From positions 1 through 41,575 of the forward strand of contig CAZPYI010000001.1 of NCBI GenBank assembly GCA_964590305.1: 41,575 nucleotides of DNA. The letters are read 5' to 3'. Each line of letters begins with the position of its first letter. The stretch's first letter is position 1. This document shows positions 1-7,857 of this stretch, one piece after another. The notes beneath the pieces are model-generated. The model had not been told where the DNA came from and made no database searches. It saw only the letters and a program-made list of their open reading frames with translations. A program made the position numbers and the translations under genes. This stretch comes from an uncultured Streptococcus sp. (GTDB lineage Bacteria; Bacillota; Bacilli; Lactobacillales; Streptococcaceae).

Positions 1-166
1 GTTTAATGATACGCTTCAACTCCGCCCACATCGGCTCAAAAGGAATTATCGAGTCCCATTTGCAAGCAGTTGTGCCATAAGGAGGATCAGTCAATATTAA
101 ATCAACACTACTATCAGGTATTTTTTTCATAAGCTCTAGGCAGTCGCCTTGCATTAAATTAATCAT
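1..166 (-). CDS. DNA methyltransferase (N4/N6 amino-MTase, beta class), N-terminal part; continues at the other end of the window
   Basis: Hand translation from ATG at 166: MINLMQGDCLELMKKIPDSSVDLILTDPPYGTTACKWDSIIPFEPMWAELKRIIK (GDCL and DPPY motif IV); AAGGA RBS upstream. Confidence 0.92.
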   Translation of the reverse strand, partial: MINLMQGDCLELMKKIPDSSVDLILTDPPYGTTACKWDSIIPFEPMWAELKRIIK

Positions 167-241
167 CTTTATTTCCTTTTTTCACACCACCGACAAATCC
201 AAGTCTGATCTATAAAATCGAATTGGTATTCGTGGTGGCAA

Positions 242-463
242 TTAAAATTTAAATATACTTTTCGATTTTTCAGTAAGAACATAACTAGCATATCCACTTG
301 TATTTGAATACTGAATAAATCCTGTTTCTCGCAATTCTTTTAGTACTGCTAATGCACCAGTCTGGCTTAAATGAATCAGCCCCATAATCTCACTTCTTAG
401 TACTGGCTCATTGTGAAATGCCATAAACTCAATTATGCGCAAACGTCTTTCAAATGCTGTCAT
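242..463 (-). CDS. Winged-helix HTH protein
   Basis: 73 aa; SEIMGLIHLSQTGALAVLKELRETGFI is a wHTH pattern. Confidence 0.65.
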   Translation of the reverse strand: MTAFERRLRIIEFMAFHNEPVLRSEIMGLIHLSQTGALAVLKELRETGFIQYSNTSGYASYVLTEKSKSIFKF

Positions 464-750
464 AAAAATTCCACGCTTTCCACGTCTGCAATGGCTTTGC
501 CTAAATTTCTACATTGAATTAAGTTCATATCTACATGCACACATTCAAAGTTTTTATAAAAATCTTTAGCCATTGTTAAGCCACCAACAGACTCCACTAA
601 CTCCCAGCTATCGACTAGGCGTTTTAGGTCATCAATAAATCCAATACCAATGTCATTTGGATAAGTTTCCGAAATTTCATATCCTTTTTTTGAAAATTCC
701 TTGCAAAAATCCCAACCAAACTTGTTAATAAATTCAACAACCTTCATCAC
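460..750 (-). CDS. Hypothetical phage protein
   Basis: 96 aa ORF with ATGA overlaps to both neighbours. Confidence 0.7.
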   Translation of the reverse strand: MMKVVEFINKFGWDFCKEFSKKGYEISETYPNDIGIGFIDDLKRLVDSWELVESVGGLTMAKDFYKNFECVHVDMNLIQCRNLGKAIADVESVEFL

Positions 751-1448
751 ATACCCTCTTTTGCAATTTTTAAATAAGCTTCAGGCATTGTTAAGCCTTG
801 AGCAACTAATTCCTTAACACGTTGTGCCTTCTCTTCAGATTCTTTCTGTTGCTCAGGTGATAATTTTAAATAATCTTTTTTAATCCCTTTCGCCTTGCTT
901 TCGATCTTTGGAGGCTCAATCCAAATTGATTGTGATACGCCCTGCTGGACCAACTCCTTAACGACCTCATCATAGAAATCTTTAAACGCTGCATAGGTGT
1001 GAAATTTCTGTTTATCAGAGTAGTTCCACTTCAAATCATTAAACATACTGTAACAGCGATTGTAAGCCTCTTTCTCGGCGTTTGTTATCTTGGTGGTACA
1101 ATCTATCAGCCAAGCCTCAATATTTGCTAATGCAGCGTTTTTAGAGCGATATGACGCATGTATTGGATCAAAATCGGATGTAAATCCTTTAATCCCTAAA
1201 CACCACTTACGAAACATAGCTGGATCAGGACAAAAACCGTTATCACGGACTGCGCTCATACCGATTGCAACTTGCTCCCTTGTTAGTCCATCAAGGCACA
1301 AACTGAATGCGTATTCTATCTGTTTTGAATCCAGACCACTAAATGTCTTTTCAAATGATCTAGGCACAATTCCTTTCAGCGCTCCCATTACGTCATTTGG
1401 GTTTAGTTTCTGAATTTGTTGTTCAGAACGGTGTGCTAATTGATCCAT
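747..1448 (-). CDS. Putative replication protein (lambda P-like helicase loader position)
   Basis: Directly downstream of the initiator; LDGLTREQVAIGM...PDPAMFRKWC resembles P-like/loader proteins. Confidence 0.6.
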   Translation of the reverse strand: MDQLAHRSEQQIQKLNPNDVMGALKGIVPRSFEKTFSGLDSKQIEYAFSLCLDGLTREQVAIGMSAVRDNGFCPDPAMFRKWCLGIKGFTSDFDPIHASYRSKNAALANIEAWLIDCTTKITNAEKEAYNRCYSMFNDLKWNYSDKQKFHTYAAFKDFYDEVVKELVQQGVSQSIWIEPPKIESKAKGIKKDYLKLSPEQQKESEEKAQRVKELVAQGLTMPEAYLKIAKEGM

Positions 1449-2205
1449 TGTTTCTCTCCCATTCCTGTCGTTGTTGTTCGATTTCTTGCATGCGTGTGTT
1501 TTGAAGTTGTTGGAAGTCGTTTACTTTTTTTGGCGCATAAACACTTGCCCATTGGCTTGCAATTGAGTTCTCAAGTGATTCATTTGCTAGTGAACCAAAA
1601 TCCATCAACTTATTTAGAATTAAATTAACTGCTTTTTCAGTTAAAGGCTTCTTAATTTGCTTTCTCATTTCAACAAAATCGCACCATTTTTCATAATTAA
1701 CACAAACTGGCAATGTTGACTTTAATGGGTCAAATTTCTTTACCTCTGATTTTTTAACTCTATTAATATTAGTGTCTTTAATAGTGTCTTTTGATAGTGT
1801 TTGTTGTGTGTCAAATTTCTTTACCTTTAGAAGTAAAATTTCTTTACCTTTGATGTAAAAATTTTTTACTAGTAAAGATTTTTTACTAGTGAATTTTATG
1901 AAAACGCCATCATGAGAAAAACTAAGATTCAACTCATACTCGTTACCATATTTCGTGAATTTAGTTTTCTTGATAAGACCTAAATTTATAAGTTCATCAA
2001 GCGCTTTAATAACTGTTGGCTTGCTTTTTCCTGTTAATTCACAAAACTGACTAATAGCAATTGCATCTCTTTTCTGTTCCCAACCTTTTGTTTTACGAAT
2101 AAGAACAACATAAATTTTAAATGCTGAATCGCTAAGCTTTGCTGCTAGATCGTCAATAACAACATTTGGCACTTGCGTATAGTTAGGCACTATAATTTTA
2201 TTCAT
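1423..2205 (-). CDS. Replication initiator (lambda O-like, N-terminal HTH)
   Basis: NYTQVPN...IRKTKGW..KRDAIAISQFCELTG..KPTVIKALDEL; internal iterons; C-terminal WCDFVEMRKQIKKPLT. Confidence 0.85.
   Translation of the reverse strand: MNKIIVPNYTQVPNVVIDDLAAKLSDSAFKIYVVLIRKTKGWEQKRDAIAISQFCELTGKSKPTVIKALDELINLGLIKKTKFTKYGNEYELNLSFSHDGVFIKFTSKKSLLVKNFYIKGKEILLLKVKKFDTQQTLSKDTIKDTNINRVKKSEVKKFDPLKSTLPVCVNYEKWCDFVEMRKQIKKPLTEKAVNLILNKLMDFGSLANESLENSIASQWASVYAPKKVNDFQQLQNTRMQEIEQQRQEWERNNGSISTPF
1729..1887. repeat. Replication origin iterons inside the initiator gene
   Basis: Five 16-bp imperfect repeats at 1729 and 1810 (GTCAAATTTCTTTACC), 1833 (GTAAAATTTCTTTACC), 1855 (GTAAAAATTTTTTACT), 1872 (GTAAAGATTTTTTACT); TAGTGT x3 at ~1770-1800. 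Confidence 0.75.
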
Positions 2206-2462
2206 TTTATTGAATCCCAGTATTTATCAGCCATATCATGCCATAATAAGTTCCCAGAGCCCTTAGAGTAGATAGTCCCGAGTTTCCCATCAAATCTAAA
2301 TCTTATCATTTCATCCTGTGCTAATTCAGTAGAAACATCACAACCGTTATCAGCTAAAAAGTTTAAAAAATCTTCAAAATTTGAATTATATATTTTTGTT
2401 GATCTATTTAAATACTGTCTTTTACTGCCATATCTAAGCCTTAGTTTTTCCCAATCAGTCAT
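2202..2462 (-). CDS. Hypothetical protein
   Basis: 86 aa ORF coupled to the initiator by ATGA overlap. Confidence 0.7.
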   Translation of the reverse strand: MTDWEKLRLRYGSKRQYLNRSTKIYNSNFEDFLNFLADNGCDVSTELAQDEMIRFRFDGKLGTIYSKGSGNLLWHDMADKYWDSIK

Positions 2463-2610
2463 TTTTCAACTCCATTCTTTTTTCAACTCGATCACAATAT
2501 TCAGAAAGAATTTTGTTTAATAGGCTATTAAATGAACGTAAATCTTCTTTAGCTAGTTTTTCAAGTTTTGCTTTTAAATCTTCTGGAAGTCTAACACCGC
2601 ACTGAACCAT
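2455..2610 (-). CDS. Arc-like ribbon-helix-helix DNA-binding protein (not in ORF track)
   Basis: 51 aa MVQCGVRLPEDLKAKLEKLAKEDLRSFNSLLNKILSEY...; Arc-type RLPxxLxxxLxxxAxxxxRSxN pattern; AAGGAG RBS. Confidence 0.8.
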   Translation of the reverse strand: MVQCGVRLPEDLKAKLEKLAKEDLRSFNSLLNKILSEYCDRVEKRMELKND

Positions 2611-2714
2611 AATAACACTCCTTTATTTGTGTGTTATTACTTTAATATTAATTATTATAATTGTATAATCAATAATACAAATATAAAGATAAGAAAAATT
2701 TATATATGAGATGT

Positions 2715-2738
2715 AAAAAAGCCCTAGTTAAAGGGCTT
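2715..2738 (-). terminator. Intrinsic terminator
   Basis: Minus strand AAGCCCT-ttaact-AGGGCTT followed by a T run. Confidence 0.8.
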
Positions 2739-2913
2739 ATGTTTCAAACTGGCTTGCAATTTGTCCTACTGGTGTTTTCTCACAAGAAATACACCAGTGA
2801 CTCCATGAACATTTTAATGATTTTTCCGTAAACTTGTGTTTTTCTTTTCTAGTTCCACATCTGGTACACCTAATAAGAAGCATTTGTCGAACCAATTCTT
2901 CCTTATTAATCAT
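2737..2913 (-). CDS. Small zinc-finger protein (not in ORF track)
   Basis: 58 aa MINKEELVRQMLLIRCTRCG...WCISCEK; two CxxC motifs; ATGA overlap. Confidence 0.7.
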   Translation of the reverse strand: MINKEELVRQMLLIRCTRCGTRKEKHKFTEKSLKCSWSHWCISCEKTPVGQIASQFET

Positions 2914-3155
2914 TTGGATTTTCCTTTATAGCATTCAAAACAAGAATTGTCATAAACGCGTCTAACAAGTGATTTACAGCACTTTGAAGGTTTGGTGTGC
3001 AAGTATGTAGCTTTACCCATGCTTCTCGCTCTACTGCGATTTATGCGCCATTTTTCAATATCTTTTCTAGGCTCTCTATCACCCAACTTAAAAGGGATAA
3101 CAGGATATCCAAAACGATCAGGATTCATGAAAGAATCGTTTATTGTGTGTTGCAT
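2910..3155 (-). CDS. Hypothetical Cys-rich protein
   Basis: 81 aa; KPSKCC...RRVYDNSCFEC possible Zn site. Confidence 0.65.
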   Translation of the reverse strand: MQHTINDSFMNPDRFGYPVIPFKLGDREPRKDIEKWRINRSRARSMGKATYLHTKPSKCCKSLVRRVYDNSCFECYKGKSK

Positions 3156-3478
3156 TATTTAGCCTCCAGTTCAATAATCGCATTAAAAACCTTGATTGCT
3201 TTTTTAGGATTTACACACATAGCTTTTAATTCAATTTTAGCCTCTGAAAGTTTAATACCTGCACGATTAGCATAATATTGAAAGTGCTTCTTTTCTAAAG
3301 TTTCAAACAGTACTTTTGCGTCATCTTGAGCGCAACCATTTAAAAACTTAACATCTTTAAGTTTTCGACTGTCTTGCTTTTCTTTTTCCGCCTTATATTT
3401 ATCTAAATCAGAATTAATATTTTTTGTACGGTTCGGTATTGATAAAACACCGTGATCTAATTTTTCAACTTTAAACAT
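3155..3478 (-). CDS. Hypothetical protein
   Basis: 107 aa; AAGGAG RBS. Confidence 0.75.
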   Translation of the reverse strand: MFKVEKLDHGVLSIPNRTKNINSDLDKYKAEKEKQDSRKLKDVKFLNGCAQDDAKVLFETLEKKHFQYYANRAGIKLSEAKIELKAMCVNPKKAIKVFNAIIELEAK

Positions 3479-3502
3479 TTGCTATCTCCTTAAAACACTT
3501 CA

Positions 3503-3550
3503 ATTGTCTGCTTTTTATTGTTGCTTGTATAATGAATAATTTTTATGAGT
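3503..3550 (-). promoter_or_regulatory. Conserved phage promoter, copy 1
   Basis: ACTCATAA-N6-TTCATTA-N21-GACAAT. Confidence 0.65.
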
Positions 3551-3568
3551 GGTGAAACTTTAAGGAAT

Positions 3569-3589
3569 AAAAAAGCTCCCGAAGGAGCT
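3569..3589 (-). terminator. Intrinsic terminator with UUCG loop
   Basis: AGCTCC-TTCG-GGAGCT followed by a T run. Confidence 0.9.
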
Positions 3590-3593
3590 AGTA

Positions 3594-3809
3594 TTATTGT
3601 GGTAACTCTAATTTCAAGTAATGAGTTGGTTTTATATCTAATGGATTTTCACCATCTATATGATACCATCCAGAAACCACCTTTCTTTTTAAAATCTCAA
3701 ACTCATTAATCCAAGTAATGTCGTGCCATATCCTTTTACCATCAGACAATGATACAATTTCATTCTCTTTTGGTCTTTGATGGTAGTTATCCAAAGGTAT
3801 CCAATTCAT
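3594..3809 (-). CDS. DUF551-like small phage protein
   Basis: MNWIP...RP...PTHY pattern of the DUF551 family. Confidence 0.65.
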   Translation of the reverse strand: MNWIPLDNYHQRPKENEIVSLSDGKRIWHDITWINEFEILKRKVVSGWYHIDGENPLDIKPTHYLKLELPQ

Positions 3810-3961
3810 TTCACCACCTCAAATCTACTAGTTAAAAATGAATATCGTTTATATTCATCAATCCATACACGATCTCCATCATATTTTGTCACCGTGTATA
3901 TTTGATTCAGCTTTAATACCTTTTGATTATCTGCATTTATGCATTTTATTTTTTGGACCAT
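3806..3961 (-). CDS. Small hypothetical protein (not in ORF track)
   Basis: 51 aa MVQKIKCINADNQKVLKLNQIYTV...SRFEVVK; GAGG RBS; ATGA overlap with next gene. Confidence 0.65.
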   Translation of the reverse strand: MVQKIKCINADNQKVLKLNQIYTVTKYDGDRVWIDEYKRYSFLTSRFEVVK

Positions 3962-4134
3962 TTTGGATAATCCTCATTTATATAAAGTATTTCATTCTCT
4001 TTGCACATATCATTTAGGATTTTTCTAAATTTATTCAAAGATAATCCAGTAGATTTAGCTCCAACTTTTCTGTAAATATCCTTAGTATAAGAAGGTCCAT
4101 TTAATGATAAAAAATCTTTAATTTTCTTATTCAT
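3946..4134 (-). CDS. Small winged-helix-like protein
   Basis: 62 aa; GPSYTKDIYRKV...KILNDM..ENEI. Confidence 0.55.
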   Translation of the reverse strand: MNKKIKDFLSLNGPSYTKDIYRKVGAKSTGLSLNKFRKILNDMCKENEILYINEDYPKWSKK

Positions 4135-4135
4135 T

Positions 4136-4297
4136 CTAAAGCTCCGTTAATTCCATTCTGCAACTATCATCATATTGAATCCAGTCACCGTTTAAAAAAT
4201 AGAAATAGGCATTATCTACTGCAATGTAAATTTCTTGTTTAGCGCACCAGTGTGTTGCAGATGGTGGCGCATCTTTTCTGATTTGGTCTAGGCTCAT
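4136..4297 (-). CDS. Small PxGATHY-family protein (not in ORF track)
   Basis: 53 aa MSLDQIRKDAPPSATHWCAK...ELTEL; ATGA overlap with upstream gene. Confidence 0.7.
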   Translation of the reverse strand: MSLDQIRKDAPPSATHWCAKQEIYIAVDNAYFYFLNGDWIQYDDSCRMELTEL

Positions 4298-4827
4298 GTT
4301 ATTTTCCAGTATGTTTTAGCTACATTTTTAATTAATTTATGGCTATCAAATAAATCTGATAATCCTTGTTTTTCAAGTTCACGCTGTTTTTCTCTTACGT
4401 GATTATGAAAGTCTGTATGGCATTTTGTGCAAAGCCACCTTACATCTAATGCTTTGCTGTAATCATCATGATGACCGTGAGGATTGCAATCAGTATTGCA
4501 GTTTGAACAAGTTGATGGTTTATTAATTTTACCATCTCTTAAGGCATTATTTAGCTCACAGTGTGCGCCATATTTAACCTTATCTCTTCTAAAATTCCTC
4601 ATTCCTTTTAAGGCAACTTCTTTGCCACGTGGTGTTTTTGCATACTCAGATTGTTTTATTGCTCTTTCAACTTTGTTTGGTCTATTCCTATCATAATTCT
4701 GATAATACTCAAGATTTGATAATCTATTAGCTCTAACTCTAGCCCTAGTACACTCCTTACATCTTTTTGTGTTTGAGTAGTAATCTGTTTCGTTTTTTTC
4801 AATATTGCATGTGTTACAAGTTTTCAT
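4294..4827 (-). CDS. Zn-finger/HNH-like endonuclease
   Basis: N-terminal CNTC...CKEC; C-terminal CSNC...HGHHDDYSKALDVRWLCTKCH. Confidence 0.7.
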   Translation of the reverse strand: MKTCNTCNIEKNETDYYSNTKRCKECTRARVRANRLSNLEYYQNYDRNRPNKVERAIKQSEYAKTPRGKEVALKGMRNFRRDKVKYGAHCELNNALRDGKINKPSTCSNCNTDCNPHGHHDDYSKALDVRWLCTKCHTDFHNHVREKQRELEKQGLSDLFDSHKLIKNVAKTYWKIT

Positions 4828-4877
4828 AAACCCTCCTAATACTCAAACATATTAAAAGGGTTTATACAAAATGTCAA
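4826..4877 (-). promoter_or_regulatory. Sigma70 promoter overlapping an RBS-sequestering hairpin
   Basis: TTGACA-N17-TAATAT; 9-bp inverted repeat ATAAACCCT/AGGGTTTAT covering the SD and start codon. Confidence 0.7.
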
Positions 4878-4884
4878 TTACCGT

Positions 4885-5301
4885 TTAGAATGGTAAATCC
4901 GAATCATCAAAATTATTTTGTTGAGTAGCTTGTTGCTGATTACCATAACCGCCTTGTGTGTTGACTTTACCATATTGCGGTGCAGTGGTTTGCTGTTGGT
5001 TAGGACGTGAACCTACAAGCTCTATATGCGTGATACGGACATTGTTGTAAGTTTTACCATCTTGACCTTGGGAAAACGAAACTTCACCAACAATGAACAC
5101 CTGAGCGCCTTTAACTAGGTAGTCCATCAAGTTGCCTTCAGCTTGTTTTCCAAACAATGAGCAATTCCACCAGTTGGTAGTTTTTTTATCTCCATAACCA
5201 ACATTTTCACCAACAGAAAACTTTAACATCTGACCGTTAGAAATTTGTTTACGCTCTGAATCTTTCCCAAGTCTTCCGACGAAATTAATTGAATTTGACA
5301 T
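4885..5301 (-). CDS. ssb: Single-stranded DNA-binding protein
   Basis: OB-fold VGRLGKD...YLVKGAQVFIVGE; Gln-rich linker; acidic DDSDLPF tail. Confidence 0.95.
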   Translation of the reverse strand: MSNSINFVGRLGKDSERKQISNGQMLKFSVGENVGYGDKKTTNWWNCSLFGKQAEGNLMDYLVKGAQVFIVGEVSFSQGQDGKTYNNVRITHIELVGSRPNQQQTTAPQYGKVNTQGGYGNQQQATQQNNFDDSDLPF

Positions 5302-5319
5302 AAAACACCTTATTTTAAA

Positions 5320-6012
5320 TTAACGAGTGAAAAAATATATTGAAAGGATAACAATAAAAATTAAAAACACAATTAGGAAGTTTCTAACTTTTGAATCTTT
5401 CTTTTGTTGAATACGCTTGTTTGCTGAATCAAAGTATTCTGAGTAAAGTTTATTTTGATCCTTGATTTTTGAATCATCAATAGCTTTTAAATTCGCATCA
5501 AGCTCATTATCATAATACTCAACCAAAGCACCTTTAATTTCAACATCACCAATAGTTATTTCAACTTGTGATGGTTTGTAAGTTTTATCACTATCAACAG
5601 TCTTAGCCCCAACACCAAGAAACTTACGTTCTGCAAATGCTAATGTGGTCAATAAAGAATTTAAACGATCCTCTGTAATGTCGCCACGGCTATTGAAGCG
5701 TGACTCGGATGTATAGTCAGAAAAGTATCCTTTTTTGAATCCAGTAGCTAGAGATAATTTCTCAGCATGGAATCCAGTTGCTTTAATTGCTTGCTGTAGT
5801 TTTTGTCGGTTTGAAGATTTGTATTTATGAACAATACACTCAAGGCTTGATAGAAAATAATAAATAGGATAACTTATTTTTTCATGCTTAAATGCATGGC
5901 AGTTATCTTCATTGATCTCAAGCAAAGTAACCACATCTCCAACCATTGCCCCTAAATCCTCATGAGCATCAGATATAATTTCAAAAACATCACCAACTTT
6001 AAATTTACACAT
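5320..6012 (-). CDS. Hypothetical C-terminally membrane-anchored protein
   Basis: 230 aa; KFKVGD start, HTH-like middle, C-terminal hydrophobic helix FLIVFLIFIVILSIYFF; AGGAGG RBS. Confidence 0.7.
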   Translation of the reverse strand: MCKFKVGDVFEIISDAHEDLGAMVGDVVTLLEINEDNCHAFKHEKISYPIYYFLSSLECIVHKYKSSNRQKLQQAIKATGFHAEKLSLATGFKKGYFSDYTSESRFNSRGDITEDRLNSLLTTLAFAERKFLGVGAKTVDSDKTYKPSQVEITIGDVEIKGALVEYYDNELDANLKAIDDSKIKDQNKLYSEYFDSANKRIQQKKDSKVRNFLIVFLIFIVILSIYFFTR

Positions 6013-6037
6013 AACTTTCTCCTCCTAAAGAAACTAG

Positions 6038-6066
6038 AATATATATCAATATATATTTTAATGCAA
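6038..6066 (-). promoter_or_regulatory. Sigma70 promoter
   Basis: TTGCAT-N17-TATATT just after a terminator. Confidence 0.6.
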
Positions 6067-6078
6067 CATAATTTGGAT

Positions 6079-6106
6079 AAAAAAATGCCATGAGGAGGAT
6101 CATGGC
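6079..6106 (-). terminator. Intrinsic terminator
   Basis: GCCATGA-tcctcc-TCATGGC-A-T7. Confidence 0.8.
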
Positions 6107-6141
6107 TGGAATGGGTGTTTTGAGTCCGAACAGTATAACAA

Positions 6142-6372
6142 TTAACTTTTGGAATGTCTATCTAAAGCATACAAAGCATTTTTAGCACCTTGACGCAATT
6201 GATTTAATCCTTTTTGAATCTTCTTGTCACTATAAGCAAGCGGAATAAGTGAATCTGGAATTGGCAAAGGTTGATTAGCTTTACTGTAGCAGCTATCGAT
6301 ATAACCCTTGTGAACCATATCCAATAATTCTGAAAACTCTGGGTTATTTAAGAAATCTATTGCTTTTGTCAT
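6142..6372 (-). CDS. Hypothetical protein (start revised to MTKAIDF)
   Basis: ATG immediately after the dut stop; the longer track ORF overlaps dut. Confidence 0.65.
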   Translation of the reverse strand: MTKAIDFLNNPEFSELLDMVHKGYIDSCYSKANQPLPIPDSLIPLAYSDKKIQKGLNQLRQGAKNALYALDRHSKS

Positions 6373-6373
6373 A

Positions 6374-6838
6374 TTAAGCCCCACTCGATCCAAAGCCACT
6401 ATTACCACGTTCACTATCTTCAAGTTCATTAACTTCAATAAACTCAATTTTAGGGTATGGCATAATGATAATTTGACCAATGCGTTCGCCAATATCATAA
6501 TCAACAACATGATCAATGCTTAACTCATAAGTTCCATCACTAGTCTCCCCTTTGTAAGCAAGTGGCTTAAACTTAAAAACAACCTCACCACGATAACCAC
6601 TATCCAGAACACCAACAGAATTACCAAGAGCTAAGTCTTTCTTAGTATTGCTTGAACGTGGGAACAATAAACCAACATAACCTTCAGGTATTTCAAAAGC
6701 TAAACCAGTTCCATAAACCACATTACCATGGTCATCATATGATTTACTAATTGCGATTAAATCCATTCCAGCATCACCATGTTTAGCATAAGCTGGGATA
6801 ACTGCATTTTCGTGTAACTTCTTAATTTTTACTTCCAT
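6374..6838 (-). CDS. dut: Trimeric dUTPase
   Basis: AGMDL, PRSS, GVLDSGYRGE, ERIGQ, RGNSGFGSSG motifs. Confidence 0.95.
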   Translation of the reverse strand: MEVKIKKLHENAVIPAYAKHGDAGMDLIAISKSYDDHGNVVYGTGLAFEIPEGYVGLLFPRSSNTKKDLALGNSVGVLDSGYRGEVVFKFKPLAYKGETSDGTYELSIDHVVDYDIGERIGQIIIMPYPKIEFIEVNELEDSERGNSGFGSSGA

Positions 6839-7209
6839 TCGTTTAAAACCTCTACATTATTTAACTTTAAAAATTCTATGCCTTGTGTTTTGTCGTCACA
6901 ATGATCACGGTAATACAAAGCTTTAATACCCTTTGAAACGATCAATTTAGCGCAATTTAAGCATGGTAAATAAGTAACTGCCATAATCCCACCATGAAAA
7001 CAAAAGTCATCTTCAGCGAAGAATGAAACCACTTCAGCGTGAAGGCAATCAGGATTTGATTTATGTAAATCACAATTGCACTTCTCATTCTCACCGTGGT
7101 TCCAGCCGATAGACACAACACGATTATTTAACTCAACTGCTGCGCCTACTTTCTTTTTACGGCAGATGCTTAAACTTTCTGCGTATTCGGCTTGTATAAA
7201 CAGATTCAT
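6829..7209 (-). CDS. dCMP deaminase family protein
   Basis: KVGA, IGWN, HAE and PCLNC zinc-deaminase motifs. Confidence 0.88.
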   Translation of the reverse strand: MNLFIQAEYAESLSICRKKKVGAAVELNNRVVSIGWNHGENEKCNCDLHKSNPDCLHAEVVSFFAEDDFCFHGGIMAVTYLPCLNCAKLIVSKGIKALYYRDHCDDKTQGIEFLKLNNVEVLNEWK

Positions 7210-7382
7210 GAATCAGATAAAACCCATTCAAGCTTAAACATTTGTGTTGCATAAATCATTACAAGATTATGCGCAACTGTATGATCAAGTTCTGTTTTAG
7301 CATTACTTCTTTCTTCTATTGCACTTAATCTAAGCATATCAAGCCTAGCTATTTCTGCTTTTATTTCAATTTCAGTTTTCAT
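7206..7382 (-). CDS. Small hypothetical protein (not in ORF track)
   Basis: 58 aa MKTEIEIKAEIARL...LEWVLSDS; fills the gap with overlaps at both ends. Confidence 0.65.
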   Translation of the reverse strand: MKTEIEIKAEIARLDMLRLSAIEERSNAKTELDHTVAHNLVMIYATQMFKLEWVLSDS

Positions 7383-7773
7383 TTAACTTGCCTTCAATTT
7401 GTTTGATTTCTGTTTTGATTCTATAGATTTGCTGTCTACCCAGCTCGGTATTTAGCAATCTACTTTTCAAATCATATAACCGTTTTTGTGTTGATGTTCT
7501 ATAGTAAAAAGGAACACCGATTTGTATTTCAATAGATTCAATATCTTTCTCAATAGTCAGTCGTTGAACGTGAGAATAGTTCATTGATACAAGCTTTCTT
7601 TTGTTTTTCAGTAAAGCCAATCTTTCATTTGGAAAGTCATTTTTTGAGAAATAATCAACAATCAATTCCTTTGTTAGCCCTGAAAAATCAGGCATTGTTT
7701 TAACATATTTATAAGCTTCACTATCAACCTCTCGATTGAGATTGAAAGAAACTTGCTTAACTTCCTTCTCCAT
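7372..7773 (-). CDS. Putative DNA-binding regulator (RHH-like N-terminus, coiled coil)
   Basis: KQVSFNL...DFSGLTKELI strand-helix-helix pattern; first gene of a divergent unit. Confidence 0.5.
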   Translation of the reverse strand: MEKEVKQVSFNLNREVDSEAYKYVKTMPDFSGLTKELIVDYFSKNDFPNERLALLKNKRKLVSMNYSHVQRLTIEKDIESIEIQIGVPFYYRTSTQKRLYDLKSRLLNTELGRQQIYRIKTEIKQIEGKLNEN

Positions 7774-7792
7774 AAAATATCCAAATTACCTG

Positions 7793-7835
7793 TTTACATT
7801 TAGCTTAGTATATATTATAGTTTCATTCAATGCAA
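7793..7835. promoter_or_regulatory. Overlapping divergent sigma70 promoters
   Basis: Plus: TTTACA(7793)-N17-TATAGT. Minus: TTGCAT(7835)-N17-TATACT. Confidence 0.7.
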
Positions 7836-7857
7836 CAATGCAGATAAGGAAAATGTT

